This document shows positions 1 to 13,357 of a DNA stretch of 64,000 bases, piece after piece. The notes beneath the pieces were generated by a model. The model searched no databases. It had not been told where the DNA came from and saw nothing but the letters and a program-made list of their open reading frames with translations. The position numbers and the translations under genes were made by a program. Within the stretch, counting starts at the first letter, position 1. The number at the start of each line of letters is the position of its first letter. Source of the stretch: Eledone cirrhosa (taxonomy: Eukaryota); contig OZ024743.1 of NCBI GenBank assembly GCA_964016885.1, forward strand, positions 50,592,001 to 50,656,000. The letters are read 5' to 3'.

Positions 1-33
1 TACAGGCAGGGGCGAAGGCCGGGAGACTGCTAG
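1..33 (+). mobile_element. 3' end of a Helitron-like element (rest lies upstream of the window)
   Basis: GC-rich ...GGCCGGG then AGACTGCTAG|T into (TA)n, the same layout as the Helitron ends at 6176-6203 and 53161-53188. Confidence 0.5.
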
Positions 34-61
<28 letters not shown>

Positions 62-64
<3 letters not shown>

Positions 65-359
65 TGTACCACCGGCATTCGCGGTCCCGACATTCGCTGT
101 TTCGGTTATTCGCGGGATTTTCCTTACCACCACATATTCGTGAAATCGTAAATATCTTCCGTGATTTTTTTTTATCGCACTTTTCGTGGCTTTTTAACGC
201 TAAATTATTAATAACAATATACCGTATGTGATGGCCTATATTTTACGTTATATTTTGACGTTTATAGGCATTTTTAGGGACCACGTCCGGTATTCGCGGT
301 TTCCCCCATTTCGCGGGTGCTCTAAGAACGTATCCCCTGCGAATACCGGGGGACAACTG
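62..359. mobile_element. pogo/Tigger (MER2-like) MITE
   Basis: Imperfect TIRs CAGTGTACCACCGGCATTCGCGG / reverse complement CAGTTGTCCCCCGGTATTCGCAGG; lies in TA-rich context; no ORF. Confidence 0.7.
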
Positions 360-651
360 TATATATATAAAGACAGGTTTCCGAAGAGGATTGGAAAGAA
401 ACAACAGTCAAACAAGATGCTCAAATCATTGGTAAAGAAGATATATTCCTGATGATTTGATGGTTTCAAACGAACGAAACAGTTTTAGTCATGTAGAATT
501 CATTTATATATTATATATTATTCTTTTACTCTTTTACCTGTTCCAGCCATCCGGTTGAGGCCATGCTGGGGCACCAGGAAGTGTGGTTAGGAACCAGGTG
601 GACCATAACGCACCAGAGTACTCGATACTTTGGGTAGTAGAGTGGGTAATA

Positions 652-768
652 GGAAAAGGTTCAGGACCCCGACGGCAGAGCTCAAGCCGTTTCAACAGCT
701 ATTTTTGGACTCCAGAAATAGCCGTCGAAACGGCCTGCGCTCTGCCATCGGGGTCCTGAATATTTTCC
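652..768. repeat. ~117-bp imperfect palindrome (hairpin MITE-like) flanked by TA
   Basis: Left arm GGAAAAGGTTCAGGACCCCGACGGCAGAGC... matches the reverse complement of the right arm ...GCTCTGCCATCGGGGTCCTGAATATTTTCC with about 8 mismatches. Confidence 0.8.
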
Positions 769-769
769 T

Positions 770-811
<42 letters not shown>

Positions 812-1489
812 GGAGAGAGGAGATTATTTGGCAAGAAACTTAGAATTTAATCTAACAATTCCAATCACATCCACAGATTTATCTTCAGAATTATCAACAA
901 AAAGAGAAAATGAAAATGAAAATACTGTTATCGTTTGTCTTTTGTTTTGTCTTCCTATTAATTTACACAAAGATTTTATGTTTTTCTCTTTTCTCTGCTC
1001 TCTCTGGCTGAGTGTAAGGTTGACTCTGCTATTAATTCCATTCTGTTTATGGTAATTCCAAAGAGATAAGAATTAACGATGAGTTCATTGCATTATTTAG
1101 TAGAGAAAAAAAAAGTAAAGATAAAGAAAATATCCAATGATTTCGTCTTTCTCATTTATCGTTCTCAGGAAGAAATTTAGAAAAAAAAACTGATCAATTT
1201 GCCCTCTGTAGGTATCTATAGATGGCGCTTCTGTCGCATAGATTTTAACATTAAATACTATTGTGCTATGTTACTTTTCTTTTTTTATACACCCATACAT
1301 ACATACATGCAGACAGAGCTACATACAACACATACAGAATTGACATCCGTCAGTTTCAACGATGAGTTTTCCAGTTGTTCGATCCACGGAACAGCCTGCC
1401 CATGAAATTGTAAGAATTTCATGTAGTACAGAAGTAATAATTCCAACGTGATCAGGTGATGAGTTCTTATTCAGTATATATTTGGTTAT

Positions 1490-2880
1490 AAGTGTGTTTG
1501 AGTGTGTTGATGTGTGTTAGAGTGTGTTGGAGTGTGTTGGTGTGTTGGAGTGTGTTGGTGTGTGTTGTTGTGTGTTGGAGTGTGTTGGAGTGTGTTGGAG
1601 TATGTTGGTGTGTGTTGGAGTGTGTTGGTGTGTGTTGGTGTGTGTTGGAGTGTGTTGGTGTGTGTTGGTGTGTGTTGGAGTGTGTTGGTGTGTGTTGCGG
1701 TGTGTTGGAGTGTGTTGGTGTGTGTTGGAGTGTGTTGGAGTGTGTTGGTGTGTGTTGTTATGTGTTGGAGTGTGTTGGAGTATGTTGGTGTGTGTTGGAG
1801 TGTGTTGGAGTGTGTTGATATGTGTTGGAGTGTGTTGGTGTGTGTTGGAGTGTGTTGGAGTGGGTTGGTGTGTGTTGCGGTGTGTTGGAGTGTGTTGGTG
1901 TGTGTTGGAATGTTTTGGAGTGTGTTGGTGTGTGTTGGGGTGTGATGGAGTGTGTTGGTGTGTGTTGGTGTGTGTTGGAGTGTGTTGGAGTATGTTGGGG
2001 TGTGACGGAGTGTGTTGGTGTGTGTTGGAGTGTGTTGGAGTGTGTTGGTGTGTGTTGGGGTGTGTTGCAGTGTGTTGGAGTGTGTTGGTATCTGTTGGTG
2101 TGTGTTGAGGTGTGTTGGAGTGTGTTGGAGTGTGTTGGAGTGTGTTGGAATGTGTTGGAGTGTGTTGGAGTGTGTTGATATGTGTTGGTGTGTGTTGGAG
2201 TGTGTTGGAGTGTGTTGGAGTGTGTTGGAGTGTGTTGGTGTGTGTTGGAGTGTGTTGGTGTGTGTTGGAGTGTGTTGGTGTGTGTTGGAGTGTGTTGGAG
2301 TGTGTTGGAGTGTGTTGGAGTGTGTTGGTGTGTGTTGGAGTGTGTTGGAGTGTGTTGGTGTGTGTTGGAGTGTGTTGGGGTGTGTTGGTGTGTGTTGGGG
2401 TGTGTTGGTGTGTGTTGGTGTTTGTGTGTGTTGGAGTGTGTTGGTGTGTGTTGGAGTGTGTTGGGGTGTGTTGGTGTGTGTTGGCGTGTGTTGGTGTGTG
2501 TTGGAGTGTGTTGGTGTGTGTTGGTGTTTGTGTGTGTTGGAGTGTGTTGGGGTGTGTTGGTGTGTGTTGGGGTGTGTTGGTGTGTGTTGGGGTGTGTTGG
2601 TGTGTGTTGGAGTGTGTTGGGGTGTGTTGGTGTGTGTTGGGCTATGTTGGTGTGTGTTGGAGTGTGTTGGTGTGTGTTGGAGTGTGTTGGTGTGTGTTGG
2701 AGTGTGTTGGGGTGTGTTGGTGTGTGTTGGGGTGTGTTGGTGTGTGTTGGTGTTTGTGTGTGTTGGAGTGTGTTGGGGTGTGTTGGTGTGTGTTGGGGTG
2801 TGTTGGTGTGTGTTGGGGTGTGTTGGGGTGTGTTGGTGTGTATTGGGATGTGTTGGTGTGTGTTGGTGTTTGTGTGTGTC
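1490..2880. repeat. 10-bp tandem repeat (GTGTGTTGGA/GTGTGTTGGT)
   Basis: Direct 10-bp periodicity; source of the spurious HTPTHTN/VGVC ORFs. Confidence 0.97.
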
Positions 2881-2885
2881 TGTAA

Positions 2886-3860
2886 GTATAATAATTATGA
2901 AGCCAGAAAAAACACTACTATTCACAAACGGTTCCACCTGGGTTAAAAAGCCAAACTCAAAGGACCTATTCGGCGCTCCATAAGGTTGTATGATTGCGCA
3001 GGTATCAGTGATTTGGGTGAATTATTTATCCTTCATACTCGCAAGGAGAAATTCCCAGACTCCCTCCATTGGCCTATATAGCGATCTCCATTGGCCTATA
3101 TAGCGATGCTGACCTGGCAGTCTCCCATAACAACAACGGCCGTTCCCTAGATAAGTTCCGTAAGGACCTAACACAGACCTTCAAGGACTTATGGATCAAT
3201 ATAATCGTAGGCATTAACTTAACTAATGCGAATTTCTGAGACGCTAATTTATGTTTAGCCTCGGGTATCTATAGATCCTCCTATAAGTCCAATGAAAAAT
3301 TAAGATATATTAACAGAGGGTTCTGCCACCCATCAGTACTATTTAATACCCTTGTCCCTAACATTAGTCGTAGGATCTCCAATTTATCTTCCTCTAAAGA
3401 AATATTCGATAATGCCGTCCCATACTACAATAAAACATTTAGTGATAGTTGTTTTAAAGATAGCATTACATATATACCAATGGCTAGCAACCAAAATAAA
3501 AGTAAGAATGAGGATAGAAAAATCATCTGGTTTACACCACACTACTTCCTTACAACTAATAGATAAGCACTTCCCAACATAGATGTAACAAGATATTTAG
3601 CAGGCAGTCGGTGAAAATTAGCTACTCTTTCGGTCGATAAATGAAATATAAAATAACTGAAAAAAGAACACCAGAGGTCAATCCAGGATGCTCATGTAGG
3701 AAAAGGAAAAATTCTCCCTACTACAAAAATATAACACAAGATCAGTTGTCTATTATATGAACTATAAACGGCCAACTGGCCGCAAATGAACATTATGTGG
3801 GTGACATAAGTCGGCTTTAAAGAGCGGTACTACTTACATATCGCGTCATTTAGACACCAA
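2886..3860 (+). pseudogene. Degraded Penelope-like element (RT to GIY-YIG region)
   Basis: Translated remnants KTLLFTNGSTWVKK, IGLYSD, NEKLRYINRGFCHP and IWFTP are homologous to the PLE ORFs at 30327-32210 and 49707-50636; many stops and frameshifts. Confidence 0.8.
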
Positions 3861-4019
3861 GCTACAATACTCCCTCGTTCTACCTTTCGTTGTACAACTC
3901 CTTTAACCCACCCTCAGCTATAATACACTTGCATTCTCTCTCACTCAGCATTCGCTAAAAATAATCAGCCTTCATTTATAATACTGATTCTCTCCATACT
4001 CAACTAGAATACTTTTTCG

Positions 4020-4310
4020 ATGTTTAGGAGATGAGAGAAGGTGTTTAGTGATGGAAGGATGTGCTTAGATGTTGAAGGAGGTGTTTAGTTGGAGAAGGTG
4101 TTTAGCGGTGGAAGTGTTTAGCAGTGGTGGAGTGTTTAAGGGTGGTGATAGGAATTTAGGGATGGGAGAAGGTGTTTAGCGGTGGCAGTAAGTGTTTAGC
4201 GGTGGTGGAGTGTTTAAGGGTGGTGATAGGAATTTAGGGATGGGAGAAGGTGTTTAGCGGTGTAAGAAAGTGTTTAGCAGTGGTGGGATGTGGGAGAGTG
4301 GAAGGAGTGG
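4020..4310. repeat. Degenerate G-rich minisatellite (GGTGTTTAG-based units)
   Basis: Repeated AAGGTGTTTAGCGGTGG, plus a ~74-bp duplication. Confidence 0.75.
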
Positions 4311-4938
4311 TTTAAATTTGGAGCCCTTGTCTCACTGAAATATCGTTACCCCAATAACGTGAGCATGTTTTTGTTTGCTACTAATAAAGCTTGTTAAAAG
4401 GTTTCTATCTAAACTGTACATTCCCAATGAACAGAGTTTTTATCCCTGTCCATATTTTCTTTTTTCTTTTCCTTGAGGATTGGAATCTATTTAATTCCGT
4501 GGCCTCACAATGTAAATTGTTTTACTTTGTGAAAAGCTGTTCTGAAGCAGCATCATTGTCTGTTTGTCAATAACAACTGAAATCTCTGCTGTGAGCGAGA
4601 AATATAAGAATGCTGAGCTAAAACCTATTCATTCGCAGAGAAATAAATCTGACAGAAATCACAACCAACTGACACGATGAATAATTTATAATGAAATTAA
4701 ATTTCATCAAGAAAATATCATGACATGAAAAAACCTGCAGCACCTGAGAAATAAATTCTGAGAAAGTTGAGTGATATAAATCTACGTTTGGTCAGCTGAA
4801 ACTTAAAATTATTGTTCTTTTAATAGTAACGAGTGTATCTTGCCTTAGGGGCACCTTCATATATATCCCTTCTTTTCTCTCTTTCAAACTCCTTTCTCTC
4901 TTTCTCTCTCCCCCTCTCGCTCCATCCTTCTCTCTTTT

Positions 4939-4986
<48 letters not shown>

Positions 4987-5140
4987 GTTATATCCATGAC
5001 AGACGGTCCCCGGGGGTCGTTTGTCATGGCTATAACACTGAATTGGTAGGCTGCCCCCAAATTGAATCGGTCCTCTATTTTATATTTTATATTCTCTGTT
5101 TGTGTTCGACGTCATCTTATGGAACTAATTCTGCAATTAA

Positions 5141-5212
5141 CACCTGATGAAATCGTCTACGTCTTTCATCATGATCGGATGATGAGGTTGCGCCATCGAA
5201 ATATGTATAGTG
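5141..5212 (+). ncRNA. Type I hammerhead ribozyme motif (minimal, PLE-type)
   Basis: CAC-CTGATGA-(long stem II)-GAAA-TATGTA-TA-GTG, followed by ATTAAA; stem I is only 3 bp. Confidence 0.55.
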
Positions 5213-5282
5213 CTTTCGCGGTATTAAAATTATAATGTAAATTTCCAGTCCGGCCTTCTGTTATTGGTTTTAATGTGTGTGT

Positions 5283-6244
<962 letters not shown>

Positions 6245-6428
6245 GGAAGGGGTGCCAAATCGGTTGTTCAGACCTGGAGAGGAATGGGCTCTGCCAGGAA
6301 GAAATACCTGGGACATGCTGTATGTTAGTGTGTTACGACGATACCAGGACAACTTCATCAGGAATTAAGGTCCCTGCTCCTGTGTTCTTGTTTCAGCATC
6401 GGTTTCTTTTATTTCTTCGGTCGCAGCG

Positions 6429-6845
6429 ATTTTATTGGGGAGTCCCAGTATTTCCATTGACCTTTGACCTGTTAAAGAACATGTGAACACATATTTTATT
6501 GGGGGGTCCCATTGACCTGTTAAAGAACATGTGGACATATATTTTATTGGGGGGTTCCAGTGACCTGTTAAAGAACATGTGGACATATATTTTATTGGGG
6601 GGTCCCAGTGACCTGTTAAAGAACATGTGGACACATATTTTATTGGGGGGTCCCATTGACCTGTTAATGAACATGTGGACATATATTTTATTTGGGGTGG
6701 GGTCCCAGTGACCTGTTAAAGAACATGTGGACATATATTTTATTGGGGGTCCCGGTGACCTGTTAAAGAATATGTGGACATATATTTTATTGGGAGGTCC
6801 CACTATTTCCAGTGACCTGGTAAAGAACATGTGGACATATATTTT
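6429..6845. repeat. ~44-46 bp minisatellite (about 8-9 units)
   Basis: Repeats of TGACCTGTTAAAGAACATGTGGACATATATTTTATTGGGGGGTCCCA. Confidence 0.92.
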
Positions 6846-7234
6846 AACCCAGTAAACTTTCGCCTTCTGTCCTTCGCGGCCTCGTCAAGTATTTATGAAT
6901 ATTTTTTCCGTCATGGCAGTGTACTCGTACTTTCACGTTTATAATAAATATGATGCTTTCAATTATTAAAAAAGGGGCGGTACTGGGGAAGAAGAAGGAA
7001 AGGAAAAGTGACGGAGAAAATAATTCGCTGGATTCTCTCCCTTGGTAAACAAGAAAAAAGCGCTGAAATTTATTTTCTTTGCTGCCTCAGCAATCTATGA
7101 AAGACTCATTATTGAATGAACGATCGATCTGAGGAGGGTAGTGATGTGATGAGAGAAGTAAATCTGACACCATGCTCCTGTTGCAAGAAATCTAGGTTAG
7201 TATGGCTTCCAGTTTATACAAGACAGAGATGAAA

Positions 7235-7520
7235 CAGCTACAACAACAACAACAACTACAACAGCTACAACAACACAACAACTACAATAGTTACAACAAC
7301 AACAACTACAACAGCTATAACAACAACAACTACAATAGCTTCAACAACAACAACAACAACAACAACAACTACAACTACCAGAAGAACAGCTATACCAACA
7401 ACAACATCAATTATAACAACAAAAACAACAACAACAGTAACAACAATAACAGCAATAACAGCATTATTAAAAATAATAGACAAGACACACATAAAGATTA
7501 CAGAACACAACAACAATAAC
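7235..7520. repeat. (AAC)n-derived microsatellite
   Basis: Degenerate CAA/AAC run, followed by (GA)n at 7550-7630. Confidence 0.9.
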
Positions 7521-7574
7521 AAAAGCAATATGAGAGAGAGACGCTATTATACGAGAGAGAGAGAGAGAGAGGGA

Positions 7575-7635
<61 letters not shown>

Positions 7636-8261
7636 ATTATTGTTTTATTTTTGTTTGATGTACTTTTAATTCCAATATGAAATCGAACGAGATAGAATGG
7701 AATGGAAGATTAAACGTTGGAATTGAATCTAAATTATGTTGTAAATTTCTGCTGAATTGGAGCCAAGAATTCTCTAATTAGAGAGCAGCTGGAACTATAA
7801 TGATTAGATATTGTCGTCGATGATGAATAAAATGGCGGAGGAATGAGTGACGTTAAGAACGACATATATCACTCTGGCGACATTGCAACACATTGGTAGA
7901 GCCGTTAGAGCATCCGGTTAAAAAGCTCGGTATTTGTTCCACTGTGGTCTTCCATATTGTCTTTCATCCTTTTGAAGTACCAATCCAGGGGATGGTGGAT
8001 TGGTGGAATTGTTAAAGACTCAAATTGGATGCTTTGTAGTTTCTGATCCGGTTGTGTGAGTTCTGAGTTCGAATCTCGGCGAGGTCAATTTTGTTGTTCA
8101 TACTTCTAACGTAGATGAATAAATACTAACACAGGGGCAGTGACCCGGTGTAATTGTTAAAGAGACGTGGTATCTGATCCGCATCTGTAAGTTTTACTAG
8201 TAAGCAAAAATTTCAAAGGGAGAGAATTTTGAGAAAATCAATAATATATAAGTAAGATGAC

Positions 8262-8545
8262 TGATAAAATGACAAGTCAGTCAATCATATTGGTGGCCTC
8301 CCCACAGCCCCGGTGGACAGAATGGAGAAGGCGTTTCCCCGGAGGACGGCAAGGGAGACGTGCTGGAAAAGCCATTCCAACTCGCGAGGCTCACACCTGC
8401 GGCTGGCCAGCTCTGCGCCTATGGTGGTGAGTAGGGAGGTAGCCCTAGGGCCGAGGACACCAGAAGTCTCCACTGCCAAGGGTACAACCGCAAACCTGTC
8501 GGAGACCGACCGGTATTTGAGGAGTTTGGCCTCCTCAGCAGAACC
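8262..8545 (-). mobile_element. 3' fragment of a CRE-clade non-LTR retrotransposon (restriction-like endonuclease C-terminus)
   Basis: ORF 8285-8566 contains FAVVPLAVETSGVLG...LFQHVSLAVLRGNA, the typical CRE C-terminal pattern; related fragment at 37450-37608. Confidence 0.75.
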
Positions 8546-9035
8546 TGGGTTAGTGGCAGGCTGCACCAGGTTGCGGCTGGAGTTCAGATCCTGCCTCTTG
8601 CCAGGCAGATAGTATTAGCAATGGAAAAATCAAGACCAAAGGAAACATTTTTTCCTCGCCCCATTTAACGATCGACTCCTTTCATTTTGAAATTGCAATT
8701 ACAAAAAGCCTACTATTCGAAGATGTGCTATACATATTCCAGTCTTGGAAGTCTCTACTGCAGACGCATCCCACTTTGTCGGCAGACATTCTTTTATGGC
8801 AACAAACCATGTTTCATAGAATTTCTCGAAACAAATATGAAATCTGAAGTAGAAATTGTATATCTGACAAAACAAGCAACATCCATACATGCATATACAT
8901 GTAATATACACACATACATACACACGCACACAGCACAGACATACACACACATACATCATACATACATACATACACACATACATACATACATATATATATA
9001 TATATGTGGGTGTGTGTGTGTGTGTATGTGTCTAT

Positions 9036-9260
9036 GTGAAGGCGTGTGGCTGAGTGGTTAGAGAATTGGATTCGCAATCGTGAGGTTGTGAGTTCGATTC
9101 CCAGACCGGGCGATGCGTTATGTCCTTGAGCAAGACACTTTATTTCAGGTTGCTCCTTCTACCTGGAGTTGCCACCGGTAGATAGTATTAGCAACTGGAA
9201 AGACCAATGGAGACATTGTTTCCTCGGTCCGATTTGACGAAAAGTCGATCGTTCCTTATA
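9036..9260 (+). mobile_element. tRNA-derived SINE, family A
   Basis: A-box TGGCTGAGTGG, B-box GAGTTCGATTC, core TGTCCTTGAGCAAGACACTT; close copy at 61477-61687; tail-only copy near 8608-8685. Confidence 0.85.
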
Positions 9261-9639
9261 TAGAATCAATTATCTAACTTCACCTATATTTGGTAAAATG
9301 TATTCATATTTTGTGAAGGATACATATGAGGGAGATATATATGATTTTTATTTGGTATCTATATTTTAAATTTTGTTAAATTTTAATATGATATTGTAAC
9401 GAACTATGTATTCTTACATTCTATACATATTGTCTCCTGCTAAAGTTTAATATATCTTATACATTTATATCATTAGATATTTATGTGTATATATATATGT
9501 CATTCACTATATTATAATGTTTATATGCTCGGATTTATTCCTTGAATTTTTTCTTTGAGCTGATTTTGAGAGACAGGACACATGTTCAAGATTATCTCAA
9601 TCATGACATCCATAACTTTGATTGTAATATATATATGTG

Positions 9640-10017
9640 GAGCTAACATTGCTACTTCCTCTCCCTGGTCATACGCCCTATCATCAAAATGTCCCCAGAT
9701 ATATGTGCGGAAAACCTCCTCAGCAGAATCAGCGATCTCAACCTTTTCAGGGATCTAACAGGCTGTACAATAGGTAGCATGAATGTAGTGTCCCTATACC
9801 ATCCATCGACGTTTATTTTGCTGCTGAAAAGGCATAGAAATGATCAGTGAGAGCGATGTGGAATTCCATGGGATTGGTACCAGTGAGCTGGGACTCCTAC
9901 TTAAACTCATATATAATAAGGAATACCTAGACACACATGACCTCAGCAGGCCCTGCCCCACAAGGATATAGCCATTGAAATCTAGGTAGACCAAAGAATT
10001 TAGCGGGGTTGTATACC
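9640..10017 (+). pseudogene. RT fragment of a second Penelope-like lineage (Neptune-like)
   Basis: Translates with disruptions to ENLLSRISDLN...TIGSMNVVSLYPSIDV...ELGLLLKL...CPTR; SMxVxSLYPSI corresponds to PLE RT motif A. Confidence 0.6.
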
Positions 10018-10019
10018 AG

Positions 10020-10632
10020 ACAGAGGATTGTTTTCCTTGTGATTTGCGTCTAGCCTACAAAGTCAAGTTAGATGATTGTAGTCGGTGTTGTATCAATAAA
10101 AAATAAAAGCATACGGAAGACGTATGAATACGTGATTTTCACTTACGAATTAAGTGAAAATCACGTTGATAGTCCTATCGGAGAACATGTGCCGAAAAAC
10201 CTGACGGACTGTTGTGTCAATATTGAAATCGTAGAAATTGCGTATCCCGACCTCTAAGATGTAATGGATAGGCCTTGGAGGTGAAGAGGAAGAATTGGTA
10301 CAATTGTTTTGCTGAACATGTTGACCATTAATTTAAATAGACTTACGCAGCATCATCGTGCGGTTTTGTTGTTTATGGCCTAGAATGAGGGCCGGTTAAA
10401 CGCGGCAGAAAAATAAGCCATGCTGATGATGTTTAGGGGCGTCGCAGGGAATAGATGCGGCGTTGTGAATCAATTGTGAGGACAGTGGGAAGCACGCTGA
10501 TCGCTTGAGAAGACGCGATGCTACACAGAATGCTTCTCGGCCATAATTGACAGAAAAGCATGTCAGGAGAAATGAAAGAGTTGCTATTCATCCTTTGCTT
10601 AGCATGATGAACATGTAATTAAAAAGATTTAC
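10020..10632 (-). pseudogene. Spliced gene remnant, possibly BEN/DUF4806-like
   Basis: Three GT-AG introns (10521-10632, 10254-10346, 10055-10146; the last has a CTAAC branch site). Spliced peptide VGIRNFYDFNIDTTVRQVFRHMFSDRTINVIFT*FARRKSQGKQS. Confidence 0.4.
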
Positions 10633-10759
10633 CATGGACTATCGTGTGCGTTGGTATTGTGTTTAGCCTGCGAAAATCGGTGGTCAAATGGGGAAACAAT
10701 AAGCCATGCTGATGACGTTTAAGCGGGTGGCATGAATTGATGCGGCATAGATAGCCATT

Positions 10760-12390
10760 GGAGTTTTGAAGAAGCACGGCGGTCAGGCAAAAGAAAGGGC
10801 CGAGGAGGGGGGGTGGCTGACAGTGCATGGATGCGGCACCCTGAGACATGACGATGCAGTGGGACGACGGCCAGCAGGCAAGGAAGGGGGCAGGAGTGGA
10901 CGGTGGCAAGGATGTCGCATGGTGAGTCATGGCAGTCTTGAAGGAGCACTGCGGGCAGGCAAAAGAAAGGGCCGAGGAGGGGATGGCGGCTGACAGAGCA
11001 TTGATGCGGCATGACGATGCATGACGATGCAGTGGGACGACGGCGTACAGGGAACGGAGAGGGCAGGGGTTGACGGTGGCAGGGATGCGACTTGGTCCCT
11101 CAAGACTGCCATGCCTAGGCAGTGGAAAGAATCGAGGAGTGGATGGCGGCTGACAGGGCAGGGATGCAACATGATGAGGCATGACGAAAGGGCAGGGTGC
11201 ATGGCGGCTGACAGGGCGTGGATGCAGCATGCCAATTGAGTTGCACCTCGGGAATGTAGAGAGCACCGGGGGCATGATGATTGTTTGAGAAAACCGGGTG
11301 CAAGGCAGGATGTTTATCGGTCATACATGATCGGTAGGCTTTGGATGAATTTTTGTTTAATTTTGTTAAATATGGTCAAAATGAATGTAAAAAGACTTAC
11401 ACAGGATCGTCTTCATGTTCGGTGCTGTCTTTGGTCTGAGATAATGGGCGGTTATGTGCGGCGCAGGAATAAACCATGCTGATGACATTTGAGCTAGTTG
11501 CTGACAGGGCAGAAATGCCGCATGGTGAGCCATGGCAGTCGTGAGGGAGCAAGGCATGCGGGCATGGGAGAGGGCAAGGGTTGACGGTGGCAAGGATGGG
11601 GCTTGGTTAGGCATGGCAGTCTTGAAGGAGCACGGCGAGCAGGCAAAATAATAGGCTGAGGAGGGGATGGCGGCTGACAGATCATGGATGCGGCATGGTG
11701 AGGCATAACGATGCAGTGGGTCGACGGCGTGCAGGGAAGGGAGATGGCCGGGATTGACGGTTGCAGGGATTCCGCATGGTGAGCCATGGCACTCGTGAAG
11801 GACCAAGGTGTGCGGGTAAGGGAGAGGGCAGGGGAGGGCATGGCGGCTGACAGAGCATGGATGCGGCATGGTGAAGCATGACGATGCAGTGGGACGACGG
11901 CGTGCAGGGAAGGGAGAAGGCAGGACTTGATGGTGGCAGGGATGCGGCTTGGTTAGGCATGGCAGTCTTGAAGGAGCACGGCAGGCAGGCAAAAGAAAGG
12001 GCTGAGGAGGGGATGGTGGCCGACAGGGCACTAATGCGGCATGGTGAGGCATGACGATGCAGTGGGTCGACGGCGTGCAGGGAAGGGAGAGGGCAGGGGT
12101 TGACGGTGGCAGGGATGCGGCTTGGTCAGGCATGGAAGTCTTGAGCTCTCCCGGAGTGTAGGCAATGGAAATGGGCAGGGGTGGAGGGTGTCAGGGATTC
12201 AGCATGTTGAGCCGTGGCTGTCCTTAGGGACCACGGAGGGCAGGCAATGGAAAGTGCCGGGGAATGAATTGCGGCTGACAAGGCAGAGATGCGCATGGTG
12301 ATGCACAACGGTACAGTGGGTCGACGGCGTGCAGGGAAGGGAGAGGGAAGGGGTTGCCGGATGCCTCATTATGCTACGGTAGTGGGACCA
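10760..12390. repeat. GC-rich complex minisatellite, ~170-180 bp units in two blocks
   Basis: Recurrent GCGGCTGACAGAGCATGGATGCGGCATGGTGAGGCATGACGATGCAGTGGGTCGACGGCGTGCAGGGAAGG. Confidence 0.85.
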
Positions 12391-13174
12391 CGGGAATGAA
12401 GAGAGCGCTTGGAGGCTCGATGATCGCTTGAGAAGATTGGGCGCAATACAGGATGATGCGCGGCGGTATAGTCTTGATAGTCCTTATATAAGAAATGGAA
12501 GAATCGGCATAAAAGGTTTGCTGAATATGGTGAGCGTTAATTTAAAGAGACTTACGGTGTATAATCCTGTTAGATTGAACCTTTTTTGCATGGCGGGAGT
12601 CGCGACAAATGGAAGCAAGAAGAATGGCGTTTTTCGGTTGCCGGATTTTTCCCACGTTGATCCCCGCATCAAAATACATACCTACGTCAAATTTCATTGG
12701 AATCGGACAAATTTCGTAAATATCGATTTTTGCCTGGTGATCCAATTATCATTTTCCGAAACTTCAATGTAGCCCACGTTCATCCCCGGATCAAAATACA
12801 CACTTGCGTCGAGTTTCATCGAAATCGGACGATTTTTGAAAATATCGATTTTGGGCTTCTGGGAGCCCGATTATCGATTTTTCAAAAATTTCAAGTAGCC
12901 TATTCCAATATACAGGTCGAGTTTTATATATGTGTCAAGTTTCATGAAATTCGGATGAACGGTGTAGCCTCCAAGTTCGGGACACCAAACAAACAAACAT
13001 ATAAGGTATAGCAACGGAACATTATATGTTTGTTTACTTGTCTCGCTCGCTTTACGCGATTTACTTGTCCCAATAGCTTTATTTAGCTATTGCTCGCACC
13101 AACTGGAGGTATATGATTTTTAAAGCGATGAAATACCAATGAAGGTTGGAAAATCACTGATGAAGGACTATTTT

Positions 13175-13220
<46 letters not shown>

Positions 13221-13357
13221 GTTATATAGTAAGGTGCATTATTGGTTGTGTAAAATGGTCCAATAACTTTATGTTAGCAATATTAAGTTCTCCACGCTTT
13301 TGTATATCTCCAATTCCATTCAAGGGAACAGCTAGATGATGTAAAACGGAGTATAAG

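Larger units (their letters stand above)
10020..13003 (-). mobile_element. Helitron-like element carrying a relic spliced gene and an internal GC-rich complex repeat
   Basis: Minus-strand start TATATGTTTGTTTGTTTG and repeated CCGAxTTTCATGAAACTT-type motifs at 12690-12960, as in invertebrate non-autonomous Helitrons; four homologous internal units; 3' end not found. Confidence 0.45.

Noticed and set aside
1486-2983. Long His/Thr or Val/Cys ORFs
   Set aside because: Open in most frames because the 10-bp repeat lacks stops; the same applies to ORFs at 39389-41246, 58438-59351, 59390-60601 and all [12 protein letters not shown] ORFs
7202-7519. Poly-Q/N ORF as a host exon
   Set aside because: It is an (AAC)n microsatellite with no unique coding sequence or convincing splice context
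9036-9110. tRNA genes at SINE heads
   Set aside because: A and B boxes are present, but there is no full cloverleaf and each head continues into a shared SINE body
9794-9994. Minus-strand 66-aa ORF as a continuation of the spliced gene
   Set aside because: It is antisense to a recognisable PLE RT fragment on the plus strand
10619-12133. Pro/Cys-rich ORFs as intact genes
   Set aside because: They arise from the GC-rich minisatellite in several frames and the true frame cannot be fixed
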